DNA of 64,000 nucleotides from Coraliomargaritaceae bacterium (GCA_965656495.1 CBFHKU010000003.1:96001-160000); one strand, 5' to 3'. Positions 1 through 12,004 are shown, counted from the stretch's first letter. Numbers and translations are program-made. The notes: generated by a model not told the origin, from the letters alone.

Positions 1-35
1 CAGCGGGCGGTTTTGGCGCTCATTTGTTTTACCGA

Positions 36-743
36 ATGAAACAGGCATGTGAGCATTGTAAGGTGATTTTTTCGCCGATGGCACCGGGTGAACGCTTTTG
101 TTGCGGTGGTTGCCAAGCGGTGGCGGGATTACTGGCGCGTGAGGGTCTGGAAGAGTTTTATCGTCGGCGCGATGCCCCCGGGCAACCGGTTGGGGAATTG
201 CCGCAAGTCAATGTGTCCTGGGCAAAGGATGCGCAGGCGGCGGCCGAGGCCGAGGGCGAGGCGGATTCTGGAACTGCAGCAGGGGGGCATCTGCGGATTG
301 AAGTGGAGGGCATGACCTGCGCGGGCTGTGCCTGGTTGATCGAATGCCTCTTTAACCGGGAAAACGGCGCAAATCGCGCTGCGGTTTCTTTGACGGGCGG
401 GTACCTGGATATGTGGTGGAAAAAGGATGCGGGCTTCCGCTTGGCAGATTTCATCACGCGGCTTGCGGGCTATGGATATCGGGCAAAAGCTTACCGCCGC
501 AGTCGAATCAGGGCGGTCCTTGCGCCGCATGGATATTTTGCAATGGGCCTGATCTTTAGCCTGAATGCGGGCTTTTTGATCTGGTTGAATCGACTCAGCC
601 AGCAGGAGGGTCAGGTGGAGACCTCCTTGCGCATCGTATTGAATGGCTTGCTTGCTGTAAGCCTATTCGCAGGGGCGGCTTGCTGGCTGATCTGGGTCTA
701 TCGCTTGCGGAGAAAACGCATCGGCAAAGGATCCGTCGCCTAA
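36..743 (+). CDS. Heavy-metal-binding protein: FixI/CcoI-type N-terminal Cys-rich domain, HMA domain and two TM helices, no ATPase core
   Basis: CxHC...FCCGGC..V..L....GLEEFY motif and GMTCAGCAWLIE HMA motif; two hydrophobic C-terminal stretches; ATG at 36 preferred over TTG at 24. Confidence 0.7.
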   Translation: MKQACEHCKVIFSPMAPGERFCCGGCQAVAGLLAREGLEEFYRRRDAPGQPVGELPQVNVSWAKDAQAAAEAEGEADSGTAAGGHLRIEVEGMTCAGCAWLIECLFNRENGANRAAVSLTGGYLDMWWKKDAGFRLADFITRLAGYGYRAKAYRRSRIRAVLAPHGYFAMGLIFSLNAGFLIWLNRLSQQEGQVETSLRIVLNGLLAVSLFAGAACWLIWVYRLRRKRIGKGSVA

Positions 744-1306
744 TTCCCCGGGGCGATGAAATTTTCCGGCAGGGGTGGGAGTTCCAATACCATTGGCTCC
801 GGTGCAGGTTTCGACTTGGCTTGCAGATGTTTATTGCAGATCAAATCGCGAATGAGGGGGTCGTAGGCTGGATCCTGCGTAAGTTTTGCGTAGGCAGCTT
901 CGGTTGCGTTAATAAAAGTTTTACACTGGGCGACGCGGGAGGCGTTGGGTTCGTTCTCTTTTATTTCCTTATTCAGGTAAGCGAGCGCTGGTTCGACCCC
1001 GCGATACTGAAAGGCTTTCAGCAATGAAAGGTTCAGGGTTTTACGAGAGCAGGGCTTGAGCCACCAATCCTTTCGTTGTTCTGAAGCCATGATGATTAAT
1101 TGATCCACTTGCCGATCGTTGTTTACGCGCTGCTGCGGGCTTAGGGTAACATAGGACTCCGTCGCCAATGCAATCGCATGGTCCAATTGTTGTGCAATTG
1201 CCAGGGTTTGCTGACTTTTGTTTTCATAAGATGCCCCCGCAAAAAAAGTAGCGAAGGTTCCACACATTAGTGCGCCAAGCAGTAAGGTATTAGAGATCTT
1301 ATTCAT
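740..1306 (-). CDS. Hypothetical protein with N-terminal signal/anchor helix
   Basis: 188-aa ORF with hydrophobic N-terminus, AT-richer than neighbours, no recognised motif. Confidence 0.55.
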   Translation of the reverse strand: MNKISNTLLLGALMCGTFATFFAGASYENKSQQTLAIAQQLDHAIALATESYVTLSPQQRVNNDRQVDQLIIMASEQRKDWWLKPCSRKTLNLSLLKAFQYRGVEPALAYLNKEIKENEPNASRVAQCKTFINATEAAYAKLTQDPAYDPLIRDLICNKHLQAKSKPAPEPMVLELPPLPENFIAPGN

Positions 1307-1363
1307 GCTATATAGGTTTGATAGTTATAAGGAAAGGGCGGGTAGTTGGATTCGGCGGCGGGT

Positions 1364-2797
1364 TTAGGGTTTCCCGCTGCTTACTTCCCGGATTTGAGTG
1401 CTGTCGATTAAAGTTTCACCGGCATACATTTTGGTCACCACAACCAGTGGCTTGCCGGCTTCGCACCAGTCCCCCTCGCGCAGGCGGGTAAAGGCGGCTT
1501 GGATGTTGTCTTCCAGTTCGTGCACGAATTCCATGAAGAAGGGTTCGATCCCGTGTAACAGGAGGAGTTGCTTGAAGAGGATGGGGTTGTCGGTAAAGGC
1601 GTAAACCGGGACATTCGGGCGCAGCGAGGACAGTTTTTGGGTGAAGATGCCGCGTCGGGTAAAGACGAGAATGGGCGCGTCCATCTCGGTCGCAAGGTAT
1701 GCCGCGGAGCGAAGCATTTTACTCTTGGGTAGGTTTAAAACGAGGTCCTTGCGTAAGTTTTCAGTTTGTTCCTGCTCAATCCGGGTGGCGATGCGGTTCA
1801 CGGTTTCCACGCATTCCACCGGATATTTCCCGACCGTGGTTTCGCCGGAAAGCATGACGCAGTCAGCCTGCTCCCGGATTGCATTGGCAATGTCGGTGAC
1901 CTCCGCCCGAGTCGGGATCGGGGAATCGATCATCGATTCCAGCATATGGGTTGCAACGATGACCGGCTTGAGTTGACGAATGCAGGTGTTGATGGCGCGG
2001 CTTTGGATGACCGGCAAATCCTCAAACGGGCACTCAACCCCGAGGTCGCCCCGGGCAATCATCAGGCCGTCCGCCGCAAGGATGATTTCATCCAGATTGG
2101 TAATCGCCTGTTGGTCTTCAATCTTGGCAATGACTTTTGCGGGGCTGGCACGGTGGCGGAGGTATTCATGGAATACATCGAGGTCCGCCGGTTCCCGTAC
2201 AAAGGAGAGCGCAAAAAAGTCGATGTTCTCATCAATCCCGACATCGATGTCGGCTTGGTCTTTTTCAGTCAGAGAGGGTAGGTTGACCCGCACGCCCGGC
2301 AGATTGATGTGTCGGCGGTTGCCGAGGGGACCGGGAATGCAGACCTCGCAGCGCACCCGCGTGCCATTGATCTCCTTTACCTCGAGCCGAATAAGGCCGC
2401 TGTCCACCAACACGGTGTCGCCGACCTTTATATCGTTGGCAAAGCTTTCGTAGTTGACGTCAACCCGGCGAACGCCGTCTTCGCCGATCCCGCCCAGACC
2501 CTCGCCGTAGGTGAAGTCAAAGGTTTCGCCGCTTTCGAGTTCAAAGGTTTCCGGCACATCGCGGGTGCGAATTTCGGGCCCCTTCACATCCATAAGGATC
2601 GCGATATGTCGCCCGACGCGCTCGCCCGCCGCGCGGACTTTATGAATGATTTCGCGGGTCCATTCGTGGTCGGCGTGCGCCATATTGATACGGCAGATGT
2701 CAACGCCCTCGCGAATGAGGGCTTCCAGTGTTTCGGCATCCTGAGTAGCCGGGCCGACGGTGAAGATAAGTTTTGTTTTCCGGTGAGTGGTTCTCAT
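1364..2797 (-). CDS. pyk: Pyruvate kinase
   Basis: [44 protein letters not shown] and MLSGET motifs. Confidence 0.97.
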   Translation of the reverse strand: MRTTHRKTKLIFTVGPATQDAETLEALIREGVDICRINMAHADHEWTREIIHKVRAAGERVGRHIAILMDVKGPEIRTRDVPETFELESGETFDFTYGEGLGGIGEDGVRRVDVNYESFANDIKVGDTVLVDSGLIRLEVKEINGTRVRCEVCIPGPLGNRRHINLPGVRVNLPSLTEKDQADIDVGIDENIDFFALSFVREPADLDVFHEYLRHRASPAKVIAKIEDQQAITNLDEIILAADGLMIARGDLGVECPFEDLPVIQSRAINTCIRQLKPVIVATHMLESMIDSPIPTRAEVTDIANAIREQADCVMLSGETTVGKYPVECVETVNRIATRIEQEQTENLRKDLVLNLPKSKMLRSAAYLATEMDAPILVFTRRGIFTQKLSSLRPNVPVYAFTDNPILFKQLLLLHGIEPFFMEFVHELEDNIQAAFTRLREGDWCEAGKPLVVVTKMYAGETLIDSTQIREVSSGKP

Positions 2798-2817
2798 AAG
2801 AGTGATTGTGGGATCCG

Positions 2818-3594
2818 CTATAGGGCTGCGGGGTCAACAACATGGATGGCGAAGTCTTTGTTAAGGTTAAGGCTGGCAAAGCGATCATTAACGCATTCCA
2901 GACTATTGCAATCTTTGCTTAGGTGGGCGAGGTAAAGATTTTGTAACTGGGAGCTGCCGTTCATCTTGGTGAGGGCTTCAAAGGCGGCGTTGTTCGAGAG
3001 GTGCCCGTGGCGGCCACGGATGCGCTGCTTGGTGGACCAGGGCCGTTTGGTGTCTTTCTCAAGGAGTTCCTCGTCATAGTTGGCCTCGATCACCAGCGTT
3101 TGCACCGATCGCATCTGCTCAAATACATGGGCCGGCACGTAGCCGAGGTCCGTGATCCATGCGAGGCTTTGTGGCGGGGTGGATGCGCCGTCCCCCCAGC
3201 GAAAGACGTAGCCCACCGGGTCATAGGCGTCATGGGGCAGGGCAAAGGAGCGCACCTCAAGATCCCGGAAGTGGAAGGTCGTGCCCGTTTCAAAAACCTG
3301 CCAATTCGGGCGTTTGCTGAGTTTGGCCTGTACCGCATCGGCGGTATCACGGTTTGCAAAGATCGGGAGATCGGGGCGACGGGAGAGCCCCCGTATCCCC
3401 TGCGCATGGTCGCTGTGTTCGTGGGTGAGGAAAACCGCCTGAATTTGATCAATGGATTCGCCGAGGGATTCAAGTTTCGCCGCAATACGTTTTCCGCTGA
3501 AACCGGCATCGATTAGAATCTTGCTTTCGGGGGTGCGAAGGAGGGCGCAGTTACCCAAACTACTGGAGCCAAGAATCTGAAAATCGGGATGCAT
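2818..3594 (-). CDS. MBL-fold metallo-hydrolase (YycJ/WalJ-like)
   Basis: [32 protein letters not shown] and LAHLS motifs. Confidence 0.9.
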   Translation of the reverse strand: MHPDFQILGSSSLGNCALLRTPESKILIDAGFSGKRIAAKLESLGESIDQIQAVFLTHEHSDHAQGIRGLSRRPDLPIFANRDTADAVQAKLSKRPNWQVFETGTTFHFRDLEVRSFALPHDAYDPVGYVFRWGDGASTPPQSLAWITDLGYVPAHVFEQMRSVQTLVIEANYDEELLEKDTKRPWSTKQRIRGRHGHLSNNAAFEALTKMNGSSQLQNLYLAHLSKDCNSLECVNDRFASLNLNKDFAIHVVDPAAL

Positions 3595-3769
3595 GTGGTA
3601 CTTTGTTAATTAACATCCGGACTTCCGCAAAGCATTTTTACGCGCTTGCCTCTTAAATAAGAGGGCCTATGAATTATATTTTATCCCGCAAAGTCGCTTC
3701 TTTGCTCTAATTGCTGTTTTAAAAGCAAGGGGGTTTGTAAGCCTTCAGCGGGGGATACGATTTTTTACG

Positions 3770-4750
3770 ATGAAGACAGAGAAAAACAAGCCAGCGCAGG
3801 AGGAATTACTCCAAGCGCCGGGTGCGCCCGAAAAGAGCTACGATAAGGATTTTGTCCTGACCGATGCTTATCGCGAGAGCTTGCCTGATATGCAAAATGC
3901 GGACGCCCGCGAAATTTTTGGAGCGAATGTCCCGATCCTGAAAGTGGGGATTTCCAACTTCCGCTTGCCCCTGCGCTACATTCGCCCGAACTCCGATACC
4001 ATCAATTTGGAAACCTCTGTGACCGGCACCGTGTCGCTGGAGGCCAACCAGAAGGGGATCAATATGTCGCGTATTATGCGCGTTTTTTACGAGTTTGAGG
4101 AGCGTATTTTTACTCCGGACCTCCTGCAGGAGATTTTGTTGTCCTATAAAAAGGAACTGCGGGCGCACCGCGCGCAACTGAAATTGGAATTTGAATACCC
4201 GATTCTCAAGCCGAGCCTGCGCTCTGGATTGGAGGGTTGGCAATACTACCGCAGCGCTTTTGAAGGGCGCATTGATGAGCTGAATCGCTTCCGCAAATAC
4301 CTGCACTTTGATTTTGTGTATTCCTCGGCGTGCCCGTGTTCCTCCGAACTCGCGGAGCATGCGCGGGGTCAACGCAATGTATACGGGATTCCGCATTCCC
4401 AGCGCAGCACCGCGCGCGTGAGCGTCGAAGTCGTGCCGGGTGAACACCTCTCGCTCGAGGATTTGCAGGCGATTTGCCTCGAGGCGCTCAAGACCGAGAC
4501 GCAGGTCATGGTCAAGCGGGAAGACGAACAGGCCTTCGCCGAGCTCAACGGTGCCTTCACAAAATTCGTGGAGGATGCCGCCCGTTTGCTTTACGAGGAA
4601 TTGGAGGCGGAGCCGCGCATTCACGATTTCCAAGTGGCCTGTGCGCACCTTGAGTCCCTGCATTCCCATGATGCCGTTGCTGTTATTCACAAGGGCTTAC
4701 CCGGGGGCTTTAGTGGTCAATTCGACGATTTCAAGGGCTTGCTGCGCTAG
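3770..4750 (+). CDS. folE2: GTP cyclohydrolase IB (FolE2)
   Basis: KGINMSR, SACPCS, PHSQRS, VKREDE, FVEDAAR and ESLHSHDA motifs. Confidence 0.95.
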   Translation: MKTEKNKPAQEELLQAPGAPEKSYDKDFVLTDAYRESLPDMQNADAREIFGANVPILKVGISNFRLPLRYIRPNSDTINLETSVTGTVSLEANQKGINMSRIMRVFYEFEERIFTPDLLQEILLSYKKELRAHRAQLKLEFEYPILKPSLRSGLEGWQYYRSAFEGRIDELNRFRKYLHFDFVYSSACPCSSELAEHARGQRNVYGIPHSQRSTARVSVEVVPGEHLSLEDLQAICLEALKTETQVMVKREDEQAFAELNGAFTKFVEDAARLLYEELEAEPRIHDFQVACAHLESLHSHDAVAVIHKGLPGGFSGQFDDFKGLLR

Positions 4751-4878
4751 TCGTTGCCAGTTTATTCACAGTCCCTGTGGCGTTGCTGTGAATTTTGGGA
4801 ACAAGTCCGGCGATTGCATGTAAATAGGTGCTTCGCCGGATTAAATCCGCAGTCATTGGAGCTAGGTAGACAAATATT

Positions 4879-5430
4879 GTGAGTAAATTAGAAAAAAGTA
4901 CTGCCACGGAAGACGAGCGGTTCGATGTTGTTAACACGGAGGACGAGGTCGTTGAGGTAAAAACGCGTGCGGAGGTGCATCGTCTGGGTTTGAGGCATCG
5001 CGCCATTCATGTTTTCGTCTTTAATGCCGCCGGAGATATCTTCCTGCAGCGCCGCTCCATGAATAAAGATTCCGCTCCGGGGAAATGGGTGAGTTCCTGC
5101 TCCGGCCACGTCGATAGCGGTGAGGATTACGATCCGGCGGCAAGGCGTGAATTGGGTGAGGAGATCGGGCTTTATGAGCCGCTTGAATTTTCGCGGACTT
5201 TTAAGGTGGAGGCCTGTCGCGAGACCGGGAACGAATTCGTCTGGTTGTACACCTGTAAGGCGGAGGGCCCCTTCGAGTTGGACCCCCATGAAATCAGCGA
5301 AGGCAAATGGGTGAGCCTTGAAGATTTGGAAGCGTGGATCGATGCCCGCCCCAGGGATTTCTCTTGGTCCTTCATCTATCTTTGGGAGAAATATACCGAG
5401 CAAGCCGCCGCAGGCGAGGGAAGCTCCTGA
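4879..5430 (+). CDS. NUDIX hydrolase (IDI type 1/YfcD-like)
   Basis: [30 protein letters not shown]...[11 protein letters not shown]udix box. Confidence 0.85.
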   Translation: MSKLEKSTATEDERFDVVNTEDEVVEVKTRAEVHRLGLRHRAIHVFVFNAAGDIFLQRRSMNKDSAPGKWVSSCSGHVDSGEDYDPAARRELGEEIGLYEPLEFSRTFKVEACRETGNEFVWLYTCKAEGPFELDPHEISEGKWVSLEDLEAWIDARPRDFSWSFIYLWEKYTEQAAAGEGSS

Positions 5431-5493
5431 TATTTTCAGAGAGGGAGCGGCTTGTCGCTTGCCACGCGAGGCGAGATCAGCACGCTTGGTCAA

Positions 5494-6132
5494 ATGTCTG
5501 GCAGTTCAAGCACCGCACGTCCACGTCTCGCCGTCATCGATTACGGCATGGGTAACCTGCGCTCGGTCGTAAAAGCCTGGGAGCATGTCGGTGCCGATGC
5601 TTATTTGGCGGGCGAACCGGAGGCGGTTGGCGACGCCGACGCGGTGGTATTCCCCGGTCAGGGCGCGATGGTGGATGCCATGCGTCGGCTGAGTGAAACC
5701 GGATTTGACCGCGTCATCCGGGATTGGATTGAGGCGGATAAGCCTTTCTTCGGGATTTGCCTCGGCCTGCAGGCGCTCTTTGAGTCCACGGAAGAGGGCA
5801 ACTGCAAGGGCTTGGGGGTCTTTGAGGGATCGGTCCGGCGTTTCGAGGTCGATCCCTCCCTGAAGGTGCCGCACATGGGCTGGAACAGCGTGACCTTTGC
5901 AGAAGGAGCGCCGCTCACCGAGGGCTTCGAGAGCGGGGTCGACCAATTCTACTTTGTGCACAGTTATCACATCGTTCCGGCAGATTCCTCCCTTGTTTGG
6001 TTTGAGACCGACTACGGGGGTTCCTTCGCCTCGGGCATCCAGCGGGGGCGTTGTTATGCCACCCAGTTCCACCCTGAAAAAAGTCAGTCAAAAGGATTGC
6101 AACTTTACGCGAATTTTTTGTTATGCTTATGA
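5494..6132 (+). CDS. hisH: Imidazole glycerol phosphate synthase glutaminase subunit
   Basis: [35 protein letters not shown] and QFHPEKS motifs; ATG at 5494. Confidence 0.96.
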   Translation: MSGSSSTARPRLAVIDYGMGNLRSVVKAWEHVGADAYLAGEPEAVGDADAVVFPGQGAMVDAMRRLSETGFDRVIRDWIEADKPFFGICLGLQALFESTEEGNCKGLGVFEGSVRRFEVDPSLKVPHMGWNSVTFAEGAPLTEGFESGVDQFYFVHSYHIVPADSSLVWFETDYGGSFASGIQRGRCYATQFHPEKSQSKGLQLYANFLLCL

Positions 6133-6198
6133 CTGTCTCTTTTTCTAACTGAGGCTTGCATAACGATTAACCCAATTTTACTGAATACACCCTGAGAC

Positions 6199-7491
6199 AT
6201 GGAGGAGCAAACCGCACTCATTCGCCTCGACGATACTAACTACGAATTCCCCCTTATTCTAGGAACTGAGGGCGAAAAAGCCTTTGATATACGCAGCCTG
6301 CGCGCGAAATCCGGCTACATTGCCTTTGATGAAGGCTACGGTAACACCGGTTCCTGCCTGAGTGATATCACTTTTATCGACGGCGAACAGGGGGTCTTGC
6401 GGCATCGGGGTTACCCCATCGAGCAACTGGCGGCAAAGTCCACCTTCCTCGAAACCGCCATGCTCATCATTTATGGTGAATTGCCCGCTGAGGAAAAACT
6501 AAACACCTTTCGCCAACAGGTGCGCGGCAGTGCGACGATTCACACCAGCATGCACCACCACTTTGAAGGCTTCCCCAGCAACGCCCATCCCATGTCGATT
6601 CTTTCGGCGATGCTCAATGCCCTCGGTGCCTACTACCCCGAGATGTCCTCCAATGACCGCGAGCAGGACCTCGCCCATTTTGATGAGACCGCCGCCCTCC
6701 TGATTTCCAAAGTGCGCACCATTGCGGCCATGACCTTCCGCATGAAAAAGGGACTCCCCTTTGTGGCGCCCGACCACTCGAGGCGCTATTGCGAGAATTT
6801 CCTCCATATGATGTTCTCTGAGCCCTACGAGGAATACGTCGATAATGTCGGAGCGGGCGATGCCCTCGATCTCTTCCTGCGCTTACATGCTGACCACGAG
6901 CAAAACTGCTCCACCTCAACCGTGCGCATGGTCGCATCCGGCGGTGCAAATCTCTTCGCCTCCGTCTCCGCCGGGGTCTGCGCTCTCTGGGGGCCCTCCC
7001 ACGGCGGCGCCAACATGGCGGTCGTGCAAATGCTCGAGGATATCCACGCCAGCGGTGACGACGGGTCACGCTTTATCGAGGCCGCCAAAGAAGGCAAAGC
7101 CAAGCTCATGGGCTTCGGGCACCGCGTCTACAAAAACTACGACCCCCGCGCCAAGATCCTCGGCAAGACCGTCGAGCAAGTCCTCACCCAAATCGGCGTG
7201 GACGATCCCCTGCTCAAGATCGCCCGGCGTTTGGAGCAATCCGCCCTCGAGGACGATTACTTCGTCAGCCGCAAACTTTATCCCAATGTGGATTTCTACA
7301 GCGGGATCCTCCTGCGCGCCATCGGCATCCCGCCGGAAATGTTTACCGTCATGTTCGCGATTGGCCGCATGCCGGGCTGGATCGCAAATTGGAAGGAAAT
7401 CGCCGAAAACCCCAAGGGCCGTATTCACCGACCCCGCCAGATCTACACCGGTCAAGGGCTTCGCGACTACACCCCCCTCGAAAAACGCTAA
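6199..7491 (+). CDS. gltA: Citrate synthase
   Basis: [35 protein letters not shown] and YPNVDFYSG motifs. Confidence 0.97.
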   Translation: MEEQTALIRLDDTNYEFPLILGTEGEKAFDIRSLRAKSGYIAFDEGYGNTGSCLSDITFIDGEQGVLRHRGYPIEQLAAKSTFLETAMLIIYGELPAEEKLNTFRQQVRGSATIHTSMHHHFEGFPSNAHPMSILSAMLNALGAYYPEMSSNDREQDLAHFDETAALLISKVRTIAAMTFRMKKGLPFVAPDHSRRYCENFLHMMFSEPYEEYVDNVGAGDALDLFLRLHADHEQNCSTSTVRMVASGGANLFASVSAGVCALWGPSHGGANMAVVQMLEDIHASGDDGSRFIEAAKEGKAKLMGFGHRVYKNYDPRAKILGKTVEQVLTQIGVDDPLLKIARRLEQSALEDDYFVSRKLYPNVDFYSGILLRAIGIPPEMFTVMFAIGRMPGWIANWKEIAENPKGRIHRPRQIYTGQGLRDYTPLEKR

Positions 7492-8279
7492 GCGGAATCC
7501 CCGCTCTTACTCGCTTTCTCTTCCGGCGCGTGGACCACGTCCTCCAGCTTCAGGCCCGTGTAGCGGTGGATGCCGCGCAGCAACATCCACAGGGCCAGCA
7601 CCATAATCGCGAGACTCGGCACCACGATCACCGGCCAGCTCCACGCCATCATTTTCGCCACCTCCGCATTGAAGGCATCCGAACCACTCGGGCTCACCAC
7701 AATCCAGCGCGCCAGCATAAAATTTAAAACCGCGCTCAACAGAAACGAGCCCGCCAACAGCCAGGTGCATTTTTCCAGCAGCTTCTCAAAACCCGCCACC
7801 GAATCATTTTCCTCCAGCGCAGCCTGCACCTTATCGACATCCATAATCTCCGGCGAGTAGAGCAGCGTCCGGATCAAAGGGTAGGGCGTCTTCAGCGAAA
7901 TCACCACCGCTATCCCAATCAGCGCCGGGATCGCCGCCTCCTTCACCGCAAACCATTCCGTCGGAATATTCAGGATGCCGATCCCGCCCGTCAGCAGCAC
8001 GCTGATCAGTCCCAGAATCGAGAGGAAGTTGTATTTCTGCCGCTTGAAATAATCATAGATGAAATAGACGACTGGGAAAGCCAGCGCGATCAACAGAATC
8101 GGAATCGCGACATTCTCAAAGTGCGGCTCCAAATAGGCGCCGAACCAACCGCGCCCCTTATTTAATATCATAATCGGCAAAAGAATATTAAAGCCGAGGT
8201 TGAGGAACATGTTCTCCTTTTTCGGTGCCGGTTTTCCCGCCGTCGAACTTTCCGAGGTGCTGTGTTGCGAAGCTGCCAT
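7488..8279 (-). CDS. Integral membrane protein (VC0807/septation protein A-like family)
   Basis: Multiple TM helices; [25 protein letters not shown] and [10 protein letters not shown] pattern; start could be 8279 or 8300. Confidence 0.65.
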   Translation of the reverse strand: MAASQHSTSESSTAGKPAPKKENMFLNLGFNILLPIMILNKGRGWFGAYLEPHFENVAIPILLIALAFPVVYFIYDYFKRQKYNFLSILGLISVLLTGGIGILNIPTEWFAVKEAAIPALIGIAVVISLKTPYPLIRTLLYSPEIMDVDKVQAALEENDSVAGFEKLLEKCTWLLAGSFLLSAVLNFMLARWIVVSPSGSDAFNAEVAKMMAWSWPVIVVPSLAIMVLALWMLLRGIHRYTGLKLEDVVHAPEEKASKSGDSA

Positions 8280-8304
8280 AAACCGCACTAGGCTTCCCAC
8301 TCAT

Positions 8305-8955
8305 ATGTCAAATGCAAGCTCTATCCGCTGCCTCATCACCGCCGGACCGACCCGCGAGTTCCTCGACCCGGTGCGTTTCCTGAGTAATCCCTCCACCGGT
8401 AAGATGGGTTTTGCCCTCGCCGAGGCCGCCCTCCGCCTCGGTTGGAATGTCGATCTCGTCGCCGGCCCCGTCAGCCTGCCCGAGCCCGAAGGCGCCATCC
8501 TATACCCCGTGGTAAGCGCCGAGGAAATGTTCCATCAGGCCGACGCCCTTTTCGATGCCTGCGATGTCTGCATCATGGCTGCCGCCGTCAGCGATTTCCG
8601 CCCCGCGCACTATCAAGCCCAAAAAGAAAAGAAGACCGATGCCGCCCTCAGCCTCCAACTGGAGCGCACCCCCGACATCCTCGCCACCCTCACCGAGCGC
8701 AAACTCCATCAAACCGTGGTTGGATTCGCCGCCGAGACCCAACACCTCGCCGAAAACGCCCGCGCCAAACTCGCCGCCAAACGCTGCGACCTCATTATCG
8801 CCAACGACCTCACCCAACCCGGCGCCGGATTTGCCACCGATACCAATACCGTCACCCTCTTCGCCGCCGACGGTTCAGACGAAACCCTCGGCCCCGCCCT
8901 CAAATCCGCCCTCGCCACCGAAATTATCCACCGCATCGCCCGCCTCCGCCCTTGA
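8305..8955 (+). CDS. coaB: Phosphopantothenate-cysteine ligase (stand-alone CoaB/DFP domain)
   Basis: [39 protein letters not shown] and IIAND motifs; no CoaC flavoprotein domain. Confidence 0.9.
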   Translation: MSNASSIRCLITAGPTREFLDPVRFLSNPSTGKMGFALAEAALRLGWNVDLVAGPVSLPEPEGAILYPVVSAEEMFHQADALFDACDVCIMAAAVSDFRPAHYQAQKEKKTDAALSLQLERTPDILATLTERKLHQTVVGFAAETQHLAENARAKLAAKRCDLIIANDLTQPGAGFATDTNTVTLFAADGSDETLGPALKSALATEIIHRIARLRP

Positions 8956-8976
8956 GCCCGCTTCCAGCATTGTCAT

Positions 8977-9034
8977 CCCCTCAGTCTTACTCATACTCTA
9001 AATCCTAATCTTAATCCTACTCTTAATCTTAATC
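8977..9034. repeat. Left arm: CCCC followed by nine tandem hexamers (consensus YTAMTC)
   Basis: cccc tcagtc ttactc atactc taaatc ctaatc ttaatc ctactc ttaatc ttaatc, read directly. Confidence 0.9.
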
Positions 9035-9064
9035 CTCCCCCCCCCATCTAAAACAACAGTCCAC

Positions 9065-9463
9065 ATGGCTTCCGCCCTCGATCACGAAAAATTAAAGGTG
9101 TATCAAAAAACCCTTCAATTTATCAGTGAGGTGGAAACGCTGCGAAGCGAAATCCCCAAAGGACACACCGCCGCAATCCATCTCGAACGAGCCGCGACCT
9201 CCATCGCACTCAACATTGCAGAAGGAAATGGTAAATATACCGCCGCAGACCGTTGCCGATTTTTTGATATTGCCCGAGGCTCTGCCACTGAATGTGCCGC
9301 AGCTCTGGACATCCTTAATGCAAAAGCAGTCCTCAGTAATGAGACTACAATTCCCGCCAAGGCCCTGCTTTCTGAAATTGTTGCGATGTTGGTCGGATTA
9401 ATTCGCAGTCAAAATTCTGGACGAACGCACGAACCTCCTCAGCCTTACAATGCAAAGGATTAG
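9065..9463 (+). CDS. Four helix bundle protein (23S rRNA intervening-sequence protein / TIGR02436-like)
   Basis: HEKLKVYQ...LERAATSIALNIAEG..K....RCRFFDIARGSATEC signature; AT-richer than flanking genes. Confidence 0.9.
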   Translation: MASALDHEKLKVYQKTLQFISEVETLRSEIPKGHTAAIHLERAATSIALNIAEGNGKYTAADRCRFFDIARGSATECAAALDILNAKAVLSNETTIPAKALLSEIVAMLVGLIRSQNSGRTHEPPQPYNAKD

Positions 9464-9493
9464 CTTGTGCTTTCTGAATTGTTGGAAAGGTTA

Positions 9494-9551
9494 GAGTGAG
9501 ATTAAGATTAGGATTAAGATTAGGATTAAGATTAAGAGTAAGAATAAGGGG
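9494..9551. repeat. Right arm: nine tandem hexamers (consensus GAKTAR) followed by GGGG, inverted relative to 8977-9034
   Basis: gagtga gattaa gattag gattaa gattag gattaa gattaa gagtaa gaataa gggg; 50/58 positions match the reverse complement of the left arm (hand alignment). Confidence 0.9.
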
Positions 9552-9580
9552 AAGAGGAAGTTTATCATTTATAAAGGCAT

Positions 9581-10765
9581 ATGAAAAATACCGGGCTTGA
9601 TAAAATCCTGGGCCGAATTGAGGATCTCGACTCGGTCAACCTCGGTATTCTCGTCCAGCGCCTCGCCCGCGAGCGCAAACTTCAGGAAACCGTCTTCAAT
9701 ACCATTCAGGATGGCATCCTCGTCATTGATACCGATGGCATCGTGCAATACGCCAACGCCGCCGCCCTCGGCATCATCGGTCTCAAGGAAAACGACATCG
9801 GCACCGCCCGCCTCTGGAAAATGGTGCCCGACCTCGCCCGCTCCATCGACCCGCAAAGCGTGGACGGTTCCCGCGCCGCGAAACCCGTCCTCGCCCGCGA
9901 AGTCGAGCTCACCTATCCCGAACGCCGCTACCTCCGCCTTTATATGGTGCCCATTGCCACCCAGGTCGGCGCGTCCGATAGCGGCGGTTACGTCGTGGTC
10001 CTCACCGACGTCACCGAAGACAAGGTCACCCTCGAAGAACGCATCGAGAGCGAACGCATTGATTCCATCATGCGCCTTGCCGCCGGAGTCGCCCATGAAC
10101 TCGGCAACCCCCTCAACTCCCTCACCATCCACCTGCAACTCATCAAGCGTCAACTCGCCAAACTAGAAGCCGACGCCGGGTCGCCCGCCTCCAAATCCAT
10201 CGCCGATTCCCTCCAAATCTGCCAGGGCGAAGTTTCCCGCCTCGATGGCATCATTACCCATTTCCTCGAGGCAGTCCGCCCACAAAAACCCGAACTCAAC
10301 GAGATCAACCTCCTCGAACTCGTCGAGGAAGTCCTGCGCGTGCAGGAGGCTGAGCTCGTGGACCGCAAGCTCGAGATCGACATCGAGGTCAACGATACCC
10401 CGCCCGCCATTCTCGGCGACCGCGGACAAATCAAGCAGGTCTTTTTCAACGTCACCAAAAACGCCATGGAAGCCATGCAGGCCGGTGGACAACTCCGCAT
10501 CCGTACCGCCCTCGACGACGAATTCCTCACCCTCCAATTCATTGACACCGGTTCCGGCATCGCCGAAGCCGACCTCGCCAAAGTCCTCCAGGCCTATTAT
10601 ACCACCAAAGAAGAAGGCCATGGCCTCGGCATGATGATCGTCCAACGCATCATGCGCGACCACGGCGGACAAATCGGAATCGAATCCCGCGAGGGTGCCG
10701 GCACCGTCATTTCCCTCCAATTCCCCCTCCCGCATCGCCGCACCCGACTCCTCGAAGGCGATTAA
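9581..10765 (+). CDS. PAS-domain sensor histidine kinase
   Basis: PAS ([22 protein letters not shown]), H-box [13 protein letters not shown]-box KNAMEAM, DTGSGI, YYTTK and GHGLGM. Confidence 0.92.
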   Translation: MKNTGLDKILGRIEDLDSVNLGILVQRLARERKLQETVFNTIQDGILVIDTDGIVQYANAAALGIIGLKENDIGTARLWKMVPDLARSIDPQSVDGSRAAKPVLAREVELTYPERRYLRLYMVPIATQVGASDSGGYVVVLTDVTEDKVTLEERIESERIDSIMRLAAGVAHELGNPLNSLTIHLQLIKRQLAKLEADAGSPASKSIADSLQICQGEVSRLDGIITHFLEAVRPQKPELNEINLLELVEEVLRVQEAELVDRKLEIDIEVNDTPPAILGDRGQIKQVFFNVTKNAMEAMQAGGQLRIRTALDDEFLTLQFIDTGSGIAEADLAKVLQAYYTTKEEGHGLGMMIVQRIMRDHGGQIGIESREGAGTVISLQFPLPHRRTRLLEGD

Positions 10766-10828
10766 AAACAATTACTTGCGCATAAATGGTTGCATACCGC
10801 CAAATTCTCTTTTTTCTCCTCCGCTAGC

Positions 10829-11986
10829 ATGGCAAACGGTTTTAAAGAAGGAATACTCGCATTTGAAGACGGAACAATTTTCCGCGGACGCGCCTTTGGA
10901 GCCGCCGCCACCAAAACCGGAGAGGCCTGTTTCAACACCAGCATGACCGGTTATCAGGAAATCCTGACCGATCCCTCCTATTTCTCCCAGATCATCACCA
11001 TGACCGCCGTCCAGATCGGGAACTACGGTATTTGCCCCGAGGATGTTGAATCCGATGGCCCCAAGGTTAGCGGCTTCGTGGTGCGTGAGGTCAGCCCCCT
11101 CACCAGCAATTGGCGGAGCAACCAGTCCATCCAGGACTACCTCACCGAAGCAGGCATCCCCGGCCTCGAAGGCGTCGATACCCGCGCCATCACCAAAAAA
11201 CTCCGCGTCGCCGGTGCCCTCAACGCCTGCCTCAGCACCGAAGGCCTCAGCGATGAGGAAGCCGTCGCCAAAGCCCGCGATTTCGGCGGACTCGTCGGAG
11301 TCGATTTTGTCAAGGAAGTCACCGCCGCCGCCCCCTACGATTGGACCGCCCGCGGCGAGCCCTGCACTCCCTTTACCGTCGTCGGTACCGATATAAGCAC
11401 CGCCCCCGTTCCCCAGCAACGCTTCAAAATTGCCGCCCTCGACTTTGGCGCCAAATACTCCATCTATCGCCGCCTCCAACAACACGGCTTCGACGTCCAC
11501 GTCTTCCCCGCCAACACCCCCGCCGAGGCCATCCGCGAATTCAATCCCCAGGGACTCTTCCTTTCCAACGGCCCCGGCGATCCCGCCGCCGTCACCTACG
11601 CCCACGCCACCGTGCGCGAACTCATCGACCATTATCCCACCTTTGGCATCTGCCTCGGGCACCAGATCATCACCCACGCCCTCGGCGCCGAAACCTTTAA
11701 GCTCAAATTCGGGCACCGCGGCGGCAACCAACCCGTCAAGAATCTCGAGACCGGAAAAGTTGCCATCACCGCTCAGAATCACGGCTTCGCCTCCACCAAA
11801 GAAGAACTCGAAAAACACGGCGCCATCGTCACCGAGATCAACCTCAACGACCAAACCGTCGAAGGCCTCCGCCTTAAGGACCGCCCCGTCTTCTCCGTGC
11901 AATACCACCCCGAGGCCGCCCCCGGCCCCAACGACGCCGACCCCCTCTTCACCGAATTCCATCAACTCGTCGCCCAACACGTATAG
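10829..11986 (+). CDS. carA: Carbamoyl-phosphate synthase small subunit
   Basis: [45 protein letters not shown] and [10 protein letters not shown] motifs. Confidence 0.97.
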   Translation: MANGFKEGILAFEDGTIFRGRAFGAAATKTGEACFNTSMTGYQEILTDPSYFSQIITMTAVQIGNYGICPEDVESDGPKVSGFVVREVSPLTSNWRSNQSIQDYLTEAGIPGLEGVDTRAITKKLRVAGALNACLSTEGLSDEEAVAKARDFGGLVGVDFVKEVTAAAPYDWTARGEPCTPFTVVGTDISTAPVPQQRFKIAALDFGAKYSIYRRLQQHGFDVHVFPANTPAEAIREFNPQGLFLSNGPGDPAAVTYAHATVRELIDHYPTFGICLGHQIITHALGAETFKLKFGHRGGNQPVKNLETGKVAITAQNHGFASTKEELEKHGAIVTEINLNDQTVEGLRLKDRPVFSVQYHPEAAPGPNDADPLFTEFHQLVAQHV

Positions 11987-12004
11987 GGTGTGGGTGGCTA
12001 AGGG

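Noticed and set aside
8305..8955. Truncated coaBC
   Set aside because: Split coaB and coaC genes are known, and the CoaB domain looks complete.
9065..9463. Diversity-generating retroelement (Avd-like gene)
   Set aside because: No reverse transcriptase and no template/variable repeat pair were seen in the window.
8977..9551. Classical IS element or MITE
   Set aside because: No transposase, the arms are tandem arrays rather than typical terminal inverted repeats, and no target-site duplication was evident.
10772..11980. 402-aa minus-strand ORF and similar long antisense ORFs (3806-4690, 13745-14797, 15088-16107, 28379-29272, 30250-31164)
   Set aside because: These are shadow frames of well-supported genes in GC-rich DNA and show no protein motifs.
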